A stretch of 64,000 bases of DNA from NCBI GenBank assembly GCA_009602725.1, contig WELB01000010.1, positions 1,269,320 through 1,333,319 of the forward strand, in the 5' to 3' direction. The DNA is from Spirogloea muscicola (taxonomy: Eukaryota). Each line of letters opens with the position of its first letter. Position 1 is the first letter of the stretch. The translations under genes and the position numbers were made by a program. The notes beneath the pieces are model-generated. The model saw only the letters and a program-made list of their open reading frames with translations. It had not been told where the DNA came from and made no database searches. Positions 1 through 19,078 of the stretch are shown one piece after another.

Positions 1-2182
1 GGCGGAGCCCTGCCCGCCCGCCGCGGCCGCCGCGCTTCGCCGACTGGCGCAGGACCAGCTAGCCACTGCCGGCTCCGCCGCCGGCGGCCTCGCCGACGCC
101 GCCGCCGTCGTCCTCTTCCTGCTCGCCAAGATCGTGGGGTGAGTTGCCGCCCACTGAGCTAACTTCTTCTATAGCTAGCTAACCAGCTAACCAAACGTGT
201 TTGCTCTGCATTGCCCGCCGCCGCCGCCGCTGCCGCTGCCGCTTCCTTTCAGTGTGCGCCCGCTTCCCAAAGGTCACACGGCGACTGGGCCCGACTTGGT
301 CGGCGTCGCTCCCAGCTTTGGCTGTTCGGTGCATGACACGATCGTGTTTGTGGGCTATCACGCGAGTTTGTGAGTCCTCCTCGATCCGGCGTTGCGATCT
401 AAAGGAATGACGATCACTGTGCCCGCAAGAGTCATTAGAAATGTGTGTTTGTGTGCAGGCTGCAACAGTCGGCCATGGTCACTGTCACCTCGGAGCTCCC
501 AATGGGCAGCGGCCTGGGCTCCTCGGCAGCGCTGTGCGTCGCCCTCTCCACCGCCCTGCTGGCGGCAGCGGGGCGCCTGGACGACCAGTCTGGGCAGCCT
601 GGCGAGGACTGCGGGTCGTGGCGGCAGCTAAGGAGTACCGATGCTGCACAGGTAAACGCCTGGGCGATCCAAGGGGAGCGGCTGTTCCACGGCAACCCCT
701 CGGGCATTGACAACAGCGTCAGCACGTTTGGTCAGTGCAAGCCTGGGGCTCATGAGCGCCCCTGAGCCTGCGAATAAAAAACTCGTCATACGTGAATTGA
801 ACATATTGACTCTCGTTCCAACATATGAAGCAGCGCTGTTGGTAACTGTGTGTGATTGCCAGTCCCAGCCTCCACAGTCAAACCTGAGGTTTGCGTTGGG
901 GCCAAGGGCCCTGGTCGTTGTGCACCAAGCCAGATAGTGTTGGCCAGTGAAAATTGATTCTTGGACCTGATGCTCTAGTGATGCTCTACTGATGCTCTAC
1001 TATTGCTCTACACTAGGTGGCTTCCTGAGCTACAAGGGCGGGAGGGTCACCGCATTGGCAGAGCCAGCAGCAGGGCTGCCACCGCTGCAGATTCTCCTCG
1101 CAGACACATGCGTGGCCCGCAGCACAGGCGCGCAGGTCTCCTTTGTGGCGCAGCGCACTGCCCGGCACCCTGCAGTCATGACGTGCATCTTCAATGCCGT
1201 GGACGCAGTTGCCACGGAGGCAGCAGGCCTCCTGCTGCCTCCACAGAGGGACAACAGTGGCAGCGACAGCAAGGCGGTCCTTGAGCCTGAAGCAGAGGAG
1301 CGGCTTGTGGAGCTCATCAACATCAACCAGGGCCTGCTGCAGAGCATGGGCGTGAGCCACCCTGCAGTGGACCACATTGTCACGCTGTGCGCCAGCCACG
1401 ACCTGGCTGCCAAGCTCACCGGTGCCGGTGGCGGCGGCTGCGTGCTCGCTCTCCTCCCCAGCAGTGAGCACTCGTTGATGCTCCTTCCTGTGCCAGCACC
1501 AGAATGACTGCGACGATGTTGAAGTGGCTGCCATGCACTCACTTCGTACAATGTGCTCATTTTGAAGAGCTAGGCTTTGGTTGTGATGTCCCCACACCAA
1601 TCAGGCTTAGGTTTTTGCAACTGATCATTATGAACCTTAACCCAACGCCCTTAGTCAATGTTGCTGTCGAATATGTCCCAACGTTGCACCCTACATGTGT
1701 AAGAGACATTTAAGCAAACCCGTCAATAAATGTCAACATAGCCCCACAGATTGTTGGTGCTTTGGATGTTGGCCTGAGCTTTCCGCAGTCTCAGCTCGTT
1801 GACTACAAATACGACTGTCAACAGATCTCAACAATATGGTCTTTGGCCTTGCGCAGACTGCTCGCCGGCGCACCTGGCATGCGTCCAGGCTGACCTCCTC
1901 AATAAGGGCTTCCGTTGCTTCCAGGCACAGCTTGGCGGCAGCGGTGCCCTCCTGCGCGCAATCCCTGAAACTGCAGGGCTTAGGCCACAATGTGGCTGTC
2001 ACCCCTTAGGACCACCCTGCTCAATCAAACCTCCAGTAATGCAGTTACCAACACATCAAATGCCTACACCAACACTGGACCCCAGGACCTCAATGTCCAA
2101 CCTCCCTTCCCCCCACCCCACCCCCCTCACAGTTATTGGTGCATTCTCCCTTGCCCCACATGCAAGGGCAGGGAATGCATAG
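1..2182 (+). CDS. MVK: Mevalonate kinase (GHMP kinase), 5'-partial, multi-exon
   Basis: Exons ~1-138, ~459-730 (SELPMGSGLGSSAA ATP-binding loop; HGNPSGIDNSVSTFG), ~1016-1463 (NQGLLQSMGVSHP, KLTGAGGGGC) and ~1857-2182 (GFRCFQAQLGGSG), with GT-AG introns. The start lies before the window. Confidence 0.93.
968..1011 (+). repeat. Intronic 11-bp tandem repeat (TGATGCTCTAS) x4 next to an MVK acceptor
   Basis: tgatgctctag tgatgctctac tgatgctctac tattgctctac, followed by actag|gtgg. Confidence 0.8.
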
Positions 2183-3064
2183 ATGGGTTTCGAGTAGGTC
2201 CTCATAGAAGATGCTCTAGTAGTTCTTCATCTTGGCTGGGACCCCTGATGGATCTCTGGTTTCGATTGGATGATAAATAGTAGGAATAAATCAGCATCCG
2301 TGCACATCATATCAACTACATGATGTTGCAATTGGCTGCATTTGGCTACCAGGACAGTCATAGTTGCACATGCTTGCGCCAGGTTTTGGCGCTTGCCTCA
2401 ATTTTTTCTTTGAAATGCAGTGAAAATCTAGCAGTAACATCCACAGGGACCAATGCAAAACAAATTGAAGGATGACTGAAGATTGAAGACTGAATGATGA
2501 ACTTCCCTTTGTCAGCACCAACAATGAGCCGGTTGTTCAGCGTCCAAGGGGATCCTCATATAGGATACTGTGTCGTCACCCTGTTGGCACGGCAGCTCGC
2601 TTTCCACATCATGGCAGCTCGGGGAACTGCCCACGGGCTGGAGCATGGAAGTGCAGACCCCTCCCAGACCTCGAAGCCACTCCATCCCGATAATGGGTAC
2701 CTTTTGTCAGCTTCCAAACATTACATTGGTCTATTGACTCAAGGCTATTCACCTTAGATAATATTGCGGTTGCGAGTACGAGTAGGCCAGATCAGTAGCC
2801 GTCTCAGATATTCATGGGCCGTCAAGACAGCTCCAGACACCGTGACATGTGCAGTGCTTTGTTGGCCGCCGGACCTTACCTTCAAATGAGCCTGCGAGAC
2901 TGAAGTGTCAACGATCCTTCTAGTTGCTAGCAGAAGACTTGACTTAGGCTATCCCTCAAATGAGCATCTGCAGTATACCTTCAAGATGCAGCAATCTGCA
3001 TGCTTGTGCCCACACCTTCCATTGAGCTCTTCACTGCAACAGGTGAGGTGCCAAAGCCATGTTA

Positions 3065-7569
<4,505 letters not shown>

Positions 7570-7735
7570 GGTGGCAGCTATCGCCGCCGCCACCGCCGGC
7601 AGCCGCCAGGCCTTCGCTGGTCGAGCTGGAGGGGCCCCGGGCAGGACGCCCCGCAGCAGGACGCCGCTCGCACAGGCTTGACTCGGGTGACCCTGGACGC
7701 CGCCCTGGCTGCCAAATCGGGCTCGAACCGTCAAG

Positions 7736-7775
<40 letters not shown>

Positions 7776-8586
7776 GGGCGTCGCAGCTCGGCACAAGGGG
7801 ATTGACACTCCAGAGTTGCTTGTTTAAGATAAGGGTTTGCTATTTCGTGCCTACTTTATTTAGGTCGCCTAGACTGCATGTGTGCTTTCGTCCTGCAGGC
7901 CAATTAAGGAAGGCTTCACTTCCATCTGTCGCCGGTTGCGTACCACTCGGAACGACACGGATACTCCAATAGACCGTGGAGACCCTCCCTCGGCTGCACA
8001 TGCTGCTATGGCCCAGGTGACCTCGCCTCCAAGCGAGCAGCCGGGAAGCTTGACGTTCTGTTGGTACATGGCTTGCTTCAAAGACAGCTTTCTGTGCCTG
8101 CTTCTTGATTACATATAAGATAGGCTGCTTCTCCATTTACGGTCAAGCTGGCGCACACCACTTGCCTGCATTTATGCTGTGCAGATTTAAGCCATGCTAA
8201 GATCCACCAGCAGGGGAGGTATGGACTCTGCAACATAACCATTGAGCAGAAGTCTGCCAACTCCTCCGTTAAGCAACAAGCACTTTTGTGAGGCTGTGCA
8301 TAAGCAATACATCACTTGTAAGATTAACGAGTGGGAGAGGAGACAGCAGGATTTCCAAAGAAGATTGTGTCCTCTCTGCACCAAGCCCCAGAGCCCTGTT
8401 TGCAGGTGACAAGCCTTACATCATCATGGTTAATGCTATACATCAACGCCTGCTTGCTAAAACATCCACGCCTGCACCACCGTGTAAGGAGCCTTTCATT
8501 ATACACTTCATTTCCATACTGTCCATGCATAGGGCTCATAGCCATCTGAAGTCAGGAGTCTGTGACCACAGGAGACTTGTGAGCTA

Positions 8587-10409
8587 TCAAGAAGCTGTAT
8601 TAGAAGGGCTCGCTTCCATCATTGATTGTTCTGCTTCCGGCTCTGGTGCTGGATAATACTTGTAGTGGAGCTCCATTACGTCATCCCCAGACACCTTCTC
8701 CCAGCCCTCAGGTCCCACATGATAAACTGCGCTTGCAAGACCAGCGAGAGACTCAGCTCACATACAAGCCTTCTGGCGCACTGAGGGCTTGTCGGTGCAG
8801 CCAGTGACCAAGACAGGTTAATACCTCAATATTCTATTGTCGAGCGTGCCACACTTTTCATTAAATTCATAAAGGAAAGGGTGCAAGTCATTTGGTGCAC
8901 TCACCACTAACAGTGCCTCCACTATAAGCATCTCTGAAAGTGGCGTGGTAGATGGCACGACGCCCAAGCTCCTGCGCCTCCTCCTTGCTCATCTCCCACT
9001 TGTACCTGATGAAGCCAGGAGAGACACTGACGTACATCAGTGTTATTGCCTCGGGAAAGTTGTGCTGGTCATGCAGCAAGCTAACAAGGTTGCGTAAATT
9101 GACAGCTCATCAGACGGGCAACTAACCCTGTATCCAAGACGCCATAGGCATATGTAGAGCCAGACCCCACTGAAAATCGCTTGCCGCGGATCCGGGAGCC
9201 CTCACTATCCACATAAAACAAATTTGGCCCCTGCTATACAGAGGCCGCAGTAAGGTATATGACAACAATCAAGCACTGAGAATCCAAATATGGTCAGTGG
9301 AATTCAACTGAAAACCTGCCTTCCACAAATTTCCTCTTTTTATCAAATACTTGCAACAAAGCCAACAATGGACTACACGTATCCTCACAGTGCAACTGTG
9401 CTCACCGTCTCATCCCAGCCAGCCACCATGGTGCCCATTGAGAGGCCCATGCCTCGGTACGAGTAGAGTGTGTTTGCCAACAGCTTTGATGCCCCTGCAA
9501 CCGAGATCCTCCGCTTGTTTTGCAACTCGTGCAGGCGGCACTGCCATAGGACAACACAGATGCCACCTCACAAGTTGTCCCTGGCTGGCTGGCAACAAGA
9601 GCACCAGAGGCACCACAGGCAACAAGAGAGACAAAGGCACCAATGGTGATCCACTGGCTATGTGACAACGATAGAGTCATCTGAGACGAGCAGAACCATC
9701 GCGTCAATCCACAGCAGCTCTCAGCGCTGATGTAAGTGCCCGACGGACGACTGAAAAAGTTAATGGCCTCTTCACTCACCCGGATGCCAAGATTTCGCTG
9801 CCAGAATTGACAATCAGCAGCACCGCCAGCCATAGTCCCCAGGAGGTATGGATTGATCTCGATCACCTTCTTCACCGTTTGCGAAGCTGCGTAGATTGGG
9901 CATGAAGCAATATGTCAAGAGAATAGACTCCTTGGGTACACTAAGACTTTAAGAAAGTGCTGCCTTCACTAGCGAACTGATATTCCAACACAGCGCCATA
10001 TTGAAGCGAGGAACCTGCTCGACTCGCCAGCTGCTCGTGTGACACTTACAAATGTACGGCCCCATGGAGGCGCGTGAGTCAACGGCCACGATGACGCCGT
10101 GCTGGTAGATGAAGGCCAGCGTGGTGGTCCCATGCGCAGGCTTCACAAGCTCAATGGCCGCCTTCTCGAACCCGTCGAGCTGCGCTCACGGTCATCACGA
10201 GCACACAATCAATAACGACTTCCTGACTCACGCACTCTTCGCCCCAGCAAGAATGGCGCTTGAGCTGCGGCAGAGCGCAAAAGCAGTGCGGCGCTCACGT
10301 CCTTGACGGCAGGCAAGTCGAAGGCCGGCGCGGCGCCGATCGGCGGGGCCACCGCGGCGTGCCTCCGCGGCGGCGCGGCCTCCATGCACCGCAGGTCGAG
10401 GCGCATCAT
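8587..10409 (-). CDS. PBE1: 20S proteasome subunit beta type-5 (chymotrypsin-like)
   Basis: Propeptide MMRLDL...FDLPAVKD, then [54 protein letters not shown] and [16 protein letters not shown]. Last exon [26 protein letters not shown]...* ends at 8587. Confidence 0.96.
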
Positions 10410-10634
10410 GGCGAGCGGGCGGGACCGGGACGCGCTCTGTAGCCCGGCAGGCGCTCGCCCACCACGTGCGGCGACGACCCTGCCCCGCGTAGGAGCGTCT
10501 GGAAGGCAAAGGACAACGCAGCGCGCCTCCGCGTCCGAGACGGCGGCGACGGCGGCGGCGGCGGCGGCGGCGCGTTCTGCGGCGGCGAAAGCGCTGGCCT
10601 CGAGGCGGAGAGCGTGGTGAGGTCTGGCTGCCTT

Positions 10635-10668
10635 AAACCCTAAGCCCGAGTCCAAGCCCAAACCCTAC
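10635..10668. promoter_or_regulatory. Telo-box motifs (AAACCCTAA, AAACCCTA) in the divergent PBE1/PEX19 promoter
   Basis: aaaccctaa at 10635-10643 and aaacccta at ~10661-10668, within the ~480 bp between two head-to-head starts. Function is inferred from plant telo-box biology. Confidence 0.5.
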
Positions 10669-10889
10669 AACGACAACCCCCCTTGCAGAACCCCAGCTCC
10701 GCGCCCCCCCCGCCGCGCCGAGGATCCCGGTGCGGCCGCCACGTGGCAGAGCCCGGAGACGAGCCGGGGCGGAGGAAGCACAGTGGGGGCACCGCCGGCG
10801 GCGGCGGCGTGAGAATCGGCAAGGGATTGTTGAGCGGCCGCCTTTGCGAGACAGAGGCGGCGCCTGGCGGGCCCGCCGCCGCAGCGGCC

Positions 10890-12327
10890 ATGGCGGGCGC
10901 CGAGGAGGACGACCTGGACGACATCCTCAACAGTGAGTGGCCGCCGTCTTGCTCCTCCTCCTCCATGGAGGGCCTGGCCGCGCTCCTCGCCGTGCTGCTA
11001 CGCCCGTGGATGCCAGCCCGGCCTCCGAGCGTGCTGACGCGATCTCGGCGCCGGCGGCGTGGGCGCGGCGCTGGCGAGCCAGGCGCCCTCGACGACTTCC
11101 ACAAGGCCGCCGGGCCCAGGCCCCCGGGCTCTGCGCCGGAGGAGGCGGCCAGCAGCGGCAGTGGCTGCGCCAGGTCTCTTAGCGCCGCAGCAGAGGGCTC
11201 CGGTGCACCAGGAGTCGCTACGGATACGGTGGCGGCGGCGACGGCAGGCAGCCCCGCTTCCGCCCAGGGCCTTGGCGTCGGCCTCCCGGCGCTGGACAAG
11301 AAGAAGAAGAAAGTGCCCAAGAAGCCTGCTCCCGCCGTTTCCAATTCAGGTCCTTGACGACCACCTGAATTACTCAAACAGTCTTGCGCGTTGTACTTAG
11401 GTGCGGCGCTATCTCATGCCCTGTGAGCATATGCCGGTTTGGCTGCTGCTGCTGCCAGACGAGAGGCTGGCGTCGACGCTGGAGACCCTGGCAGAGCAGA
11501 CGCGGCAGACGGTGGAGAGCATGGAGGAGACAAATGGTGCCGTGGATGACGAGCTGATTGAGAAGCTTGTGAGGCAATTCGAGGACGTCGGCAGTTCGCA
11601 GGTGGGTCTTGACCAAGTCGCCCAGGCTACAGTCAGTTGCTGCATCGGCGGTCCTCTGGATTGGTCAACAAAGGACTTCATGTACTTGCAGTTGCAATAA
11701 GTAGTCATGGTTGTGGTAACTGCAGTACCGTCAATGCATGTACCTGCAGAAGTGGCGTCTATGCATTTCGAAGGGCTTGTAGATCTCAAGCAGCCTATTT
11801 CTGGATCACAGGACATGCAAGTTGTGATGGACACAATGATGCGACAGCTCCTGTCAGAAGAAGTACTCTACGAGCCTATGAAGGAGATTGGTGAGCGGTA
11901 TCCTGCGTGGCTGGCATCCAATCGGGAGAAGCTCAGTATAGAGGACTATGACCGCTATTCAAGGCAGCATCACATCATTCAGCAGCTCTGTGTCATCTAC
12001 GAGACGACGCCAGAAGACTTCCCCAAGATTGTAGACCTGATGCAGCAGATGCAGGACTGTGGCCAGCCGCCGGTGGACATTGTACAGGAGCTGGCACCCG
12101 GGATGGAGATGGGGCCCAATGGGGTGCCGAGGTAAGATCATCAACATCTCACTCTAGCCTGTTTGTCAGAGCCTCATGCAATCGACCACCTCACGTAAGA
12201 CTTACCCTACTGGCTGGTTAAGCACTAAGTCTTTGACTACTTGAGTGCCTGCTGCAGCTTTCCAGGTATGGCTGCACTTGCTGGAGGTGGTCAGCAGGAT
12301 CTGCCCCCCAATTGTAGCATCATGTGA
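10890..12327 (+). CDS. PEX19: Peroxin 19 (peroxisomal membrane protein receptor)
   Basis: MAGAEEDDLDDILNS|ALDDF N-terminus; MDTMMRQLLSEEVLYEPMKEIGERYPAWL...MQQMQDCGQPP core. Last exon ~12258-12327 ends DLPPNCSIM*, a CaaX farnesylation box. Confidence 0.95.
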
Positions 12328-12814
12328 AAGGCCAGAGGCCTTCCCACCTTCCATGTGGTATATGCTTACCACACCGCCTCCTGCCTTCTGCATCTGTCCA
12401 GCTTTAGTCAACCGATAGTAGTGAGGACTATTGTATAGACACGTAAGCATAGCACCGTGTTGGCAATCACAACATTGTGTGGAGCCTTGCCGCCAGTGCG
12501 GAAGTACATATACGCATCCACCTGAAATAGTGCAGCCTGACAGAAACCTCCTATGCTTATCAGCCAGCCAGGATGCCCCGTAGTGTACCTTGATGGAGCT
12601 CAAGCAGGTGCTCTTCCAGGCACTTAGTGAGGCTCAGTTGACGTCAATCAAGCACGTGTTGTAGACGTTGGTCGTATATGTCTGCCGAGATAAGGCTTGC
12701 AGTGCGCATAAAATGAAAGAGTGGCCGTTTGAGGCAATACTCTGTTCTGGCAAGCTAGTGCAAACATTGTGCAAAACTTGCTTTCAGTATACGACCTTCC
12801 GGCTGACTGGCCGG

Positions 12815-12950
12815 GGAAGGGAGCCCAGCCATGCTGGTAGCCAGCGCGGAAAGCCTGTCCAGAAACAGTTAACAAGGTTCAAAGAGAAAAGACTCTTATA
12901 GAAGAGGGTGATGGCTGATTGAGATTGGCCAGCCCAGAATAATAAAAAGA
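12815..12950 (-). mobile_element. Degenerate 3'-end remnants of the CRE-like retroelement family upstream of RPS3
   Basis: ttaacaaggttcaaag resembles ttgacaaggttcgaag in better copies; ggctgattgagattggccagcccagaat is a degenerate terminal hairpin. Confidence 0.4.
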
Positions 12951-13180
12951 CGAGACCCGGAGGCGTCGTCAGCGTCGCGGGGTGGCCGGGAAACGCCGGG
13001 GGCGGCGCACGCTAGGCGCTAGGACCGTAGATCGATACATCGCACAGCCGGCGATAGGATCCGACGTTCCAAACATCTCCTTCCTACCGGGGATGGGAGC
13101 GCGGTGCTCTGCCTCCTGCGATATGCTCCTCGCTTGTTCCTGCGAGCGGTTGCCGTAAGATCGTATTGGGGCGCAAATAA

Positions 13181-15342
<2,162 letters not shown>

Positions 15343-15691
15343 GCTCATGAAAGTCACATGGCAATTGTGCATTACTCTTGAAAAGTACTGGCTGCAAGAG
15401 AAACCCTTGTCTCTTGACAAACTTGTCCAGCTCTGCACTGGGCTGTCTCCTGCTATTTACATTGAGTCCAGGTGGGCTTTGCTGGTCCCTTGCAAGAGCA
15501 GGACATCATGCGCAAGCATGCACAAGGTGTATACCAAAGCAGGCTAGCTGTCTAGACAGTTGGCATGCTGTGGCAGGCTGATTCATGGCAGAAACAGCTC
15601 TTATTCCAGCATGAAATTTGATGATACGAGTGCCTGACTTGCACTCTTGAGCTTCTTTCTCCAAGCTTTAATACCAAGTCAAGCAGTGCAT

Positions 15692-17836
15692 CTACCAGTG
15701 CAACCAAAAGCTTGCTTGCTGCATCAGTGGATGCGTAAAGTAGGCGCCCAAAGTGACGGCCACAATAGCAAAGTAGGGTGCCCGCAGATATTCCTTGTAG
15801 TAATCTGGTTGCAGCTGTTGGCGGCCCTCAACAATCGCTTGGAAGGGCACAATGCTCGTCCGAGCTTGCACCTCTTCAAACGCCTTGCCATAGCGTGTGT
15901 GCAGCCGGCGGTCGCCATGCCAGACACCGAAGGCATGGTGCACGCAGAGGCCAAGTGAGGTTGTGACCATGAAGGAGTTGCCAATCCAAAGGACGTGTGC
16001 CAGGCACCAGATGAGCTGCCCAACCATCTGACAAACAGGAGTCCCAGACGCAAGAGCGAGCAGCTTCAGTATCTAGTATGTCTACAGGTGTATCGCTCTC
16101 TCAAAAGCATTTGCAGAAACAAATTGCAGCTAGCAGAGCACTAGCATAGTGATGACAATATGTTATGTGAAGCTTGCAAAGACTGCAACCGAGGTGAAGG
16201 ACAAGAGTGCAGGAACAGTATGCAGCAACAGCAGGCGAGGCCAAGGACACCCACACCCGAGGCCCTAAACAATGAACATTAGACCTTAATATCTGCAGGC
16301 ACTTATCACCACCACCCTACAGGCACTCAGCCTAGCTTGGCCTGAGAGGAGGTAGTGGAGCTGACCTGAGGATGCCGCGTGATGCGCATGATGCCCGTCT
16401 CCCACATGTGCAGCTTTGGCTTGTCCACAGCCGCAACCTCGAGCAGGTTGAAGGTGGATGGATAGAGGAAGAAGAAGGACACAAACGACAGCACCCATAC
16501 GAGCTCGTGCACGCCTGGCACAGTCCGCACCTGCCACAGCTGCGTGCCGCTGTACCGGTGGTTGATGAAATATACCTGCCACCAAGCAAAACCGCCACCA
16601 TGAGGTCAGCCAGCCTTGTTGGTGATATATAGCAGGACCTGACTATTACACTGCAGATCTCATTGAGCTGATTTATGTGACTCAAGTACTGTTTATTCAT
16701 TGCGAGAGTCCTTTGGCAGCTGAAAGAAAACTGGGAAGCTTGAGTGGGTGTAGCTGGAGCTGCTAGTCTGCTGGACACCTTACGGCAGCGTCTGTTGCAA
16801 TACAAGAGAAGAAGAGCTGTTGGCCAGCAACAGGGACATCTTGGACCCACTGGCACAGATGCTACACATGGCTTACCACTGCAGAGACGGCGAGCGGGAG
16901 GGAAAGGCCGGCGAATAGCACGCGGTAGGCGCGCTCACCAATGACCTTCTCAGCTGTGCCCCTCAATGCAGCGCCGCCGCTGTGCACAAGAGCGAATATG
17001 AGTAGGACCTCGAGCATCACGACCTGCACCAGATGAGGAGAGCCAGCCCCAACAGTCACTTCACAGAATAGGATGAACTACTTGTGATGTTGGATGACAA
17101 ATAGGAGACGAGCAACACTTGTATTATGCATGCGGGTCCTTCGTGATCAAAGGCCATACGTCCTGCAATCCTTTGCTCTGGTGATTGCTCCGAAAAGAGA
17201 ACTTTCATGTATGTCCAGAGGGGCACACTAACATGAGCATCGCTCACAAGAGTACAGAAAAAGCTCAGCTCGCCAAGAGAGTGACAGGAGGCAATTAAAG
17301 CACGAGACTGTCCTTGTGACGCGACTGGCCTTCAGACGGACAGACCCGCTGGCTCCACACCCAAAGGGCTCGGCAGCAGAAGAGCTTCGCCGCTCGCTGA
17401 GCAGGGCCTGGAACGCTCAACCCCATGAGCGAGCGCCTGAAGCTACCTGCTCGAAGAACCCTACCTGAGTCCTTAAACCCCAAACTCCAACTAAAACCCC
17501 CACCCCACACAAACTAAATGGAGATCAGGGCCTGCACCGGCTCCTCAACAGACCCCAACGACTCGACTGCACGACGATAACTGGAAAGCCCACCTCGGTG
17601 TTGTCGGACAGCGACGTCAGCGCGCCCAGGAAGGCCCCGCCGTAGCCGGTGCGCGGGTCGAGCCAGGCGTAGTAGAGCGCTGCGAGCACGACGACCAGGA
17701 CGGCGAAGAAGGCGGCCCAGGAGGACGCCTTCTGGGCGGCGGCGTCGAAGGCGCCGGAGTCCTCGCCGGCCAGCGGCGGCGCGCTGCTGGCCAGCGCGCC
17801 GTTGCCGCCACCGCCGTCTCCGCCGGCGTCGGCGAG
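15692..17836 (-). CDS. Z-ISO: 15-cis-zeta-carotene isomerase (NnrU family); 5' end obscured by an N at 17837
   Basis: LAGEDSGAFD...SSWAAFF; FALVHSGGAALR..AEKVIGERAYRVLFAGLSLPLAVS; YFINHRYSG; FFFLYPSTFNLLEVAAVDKPKLHMWETGIMRITRHPQ|MVGQLIWCLAH...WHGDRRL...LHW*. Confidence 0.95.
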
Positions 17837-18254
17837 NCGTCACTGCAGACAAGTGGCTCAGCAAGTCAAGAACGCAATGCTGGAGGCTCATTGCCAAGTA
17901 ACAAGCCTAGCGAGTTGAGGAGCATTCATTGGAAGCAAAGAGCCGCAGCATGCTGAGACTGACAAGCCTCAAGCCTGACAAGCCTCAAAGGAGAGGAGCG
18001 CCTCTAGTGGCGGGGGGACGTTGAGCCTGCCGACAAGCGGGGCTGACATACTGGGCAAGGCCGGACTCGTGCTCCTGCTCCACCTCGGGGGCGTTTGAGA
18101 AGTCTGAGTCGCCATTCTGTCTGACACCAGAAGCAGCCCCAGCTTGGAACTGTCAACAGTCGTGGGTTAATGTAAGCAACAACTGCGCACGGCGTAGCTC
18201 GTCAAGCAATCTACGAGCACTGCGGCGGCCTTGGTGAAGGAAAAAGCGCGTGCC

Positions 18255-18907
18255 TGGCTTGGAAGCGGGCGATCTCGGCGACGAAGAGGCGGCGCTGGCG
18301 GGCGGCATGGCGCCGCCGCTGCACGACTGCCAGCGGCGTCTGCTCGCCGAGGCAGACCGATGCGCCCCTGCGCTCCAGCTCAACGGAGGCGGGCATGAGC
18401 CAAGTCTCAGGTATGAGCTCGCTGCCTGGCGGTGGCGGCGGCAGGCCTGCGGCGGCAGTAAGTGGTAGTCGTCACCAGGAGAGGAGCTGGTTGCCAAAGT
18501 GCAGATTGCTGCCTCGCAGTAGCGCCGCGACGGCAGCGTCGGCGTCGGCGTCGGCGTCGGTAACGCAGGCGGCGGGCGGGAGGTGCGCCGCCAGGCGCGC
18601 GCGCTCGGCCGTGCTCAGGCAGCGACGCCAAGTCTGCGCCACAGGCGCGGAGGCGGCGCCAGAAGGAGCTGCTGAGGCCGGTAACAGTCAAGGCGGCGGT
18701 GGCGTCAATGTATGCAGCTGCGGCGGCGTCATCGAAGGCGGCGGCGGCGGCGGCGGCGGCAGCGGCGCCAGAGCCACCGACAGAGCCGGCGACGGCGACC
18801 GCGGCGGCTGCAGCGCCGGCTGCGGCGGCTTTGAGTATGTAAGGGAGAAGGAGAGGGCCGCGGCTTGGAGGAGTCCGCCGGGAGGCCCGGCGCCGCGGCA
18901 CTGCCAT
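18255..18907 (-). CDS. Hypothetical protein; possible small gene between Z-ISO and LPAAT
   Basis: GC-rich ATG exon MAVPRRRAS...FDDAAAAAYIDATAALTVTGLSSSFWRRLRACGADLASLPEH, plus a probable second exon LPPPPPGSELIPETWLMPASVELERRG...RRLFVAEIARFQ. No recognised domain. Confidence 0.3.
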
Positions 18908-19078
18908 GGAGCTCGGCTGGCCCCCAGCGGCCCGCCGTCTGCTCTCCGCGGCGTTCCCGCCTGAATGCACCGCCAGTGAGACTGAACACTGAACCCCAAA
19001 GTCTGTGACCCTTGAACCCTGAAAGGAACCGCAAGCCCTACTCTGAGCCTTAAGCCCTGCGCCCTGCAAGCGCCCGCC

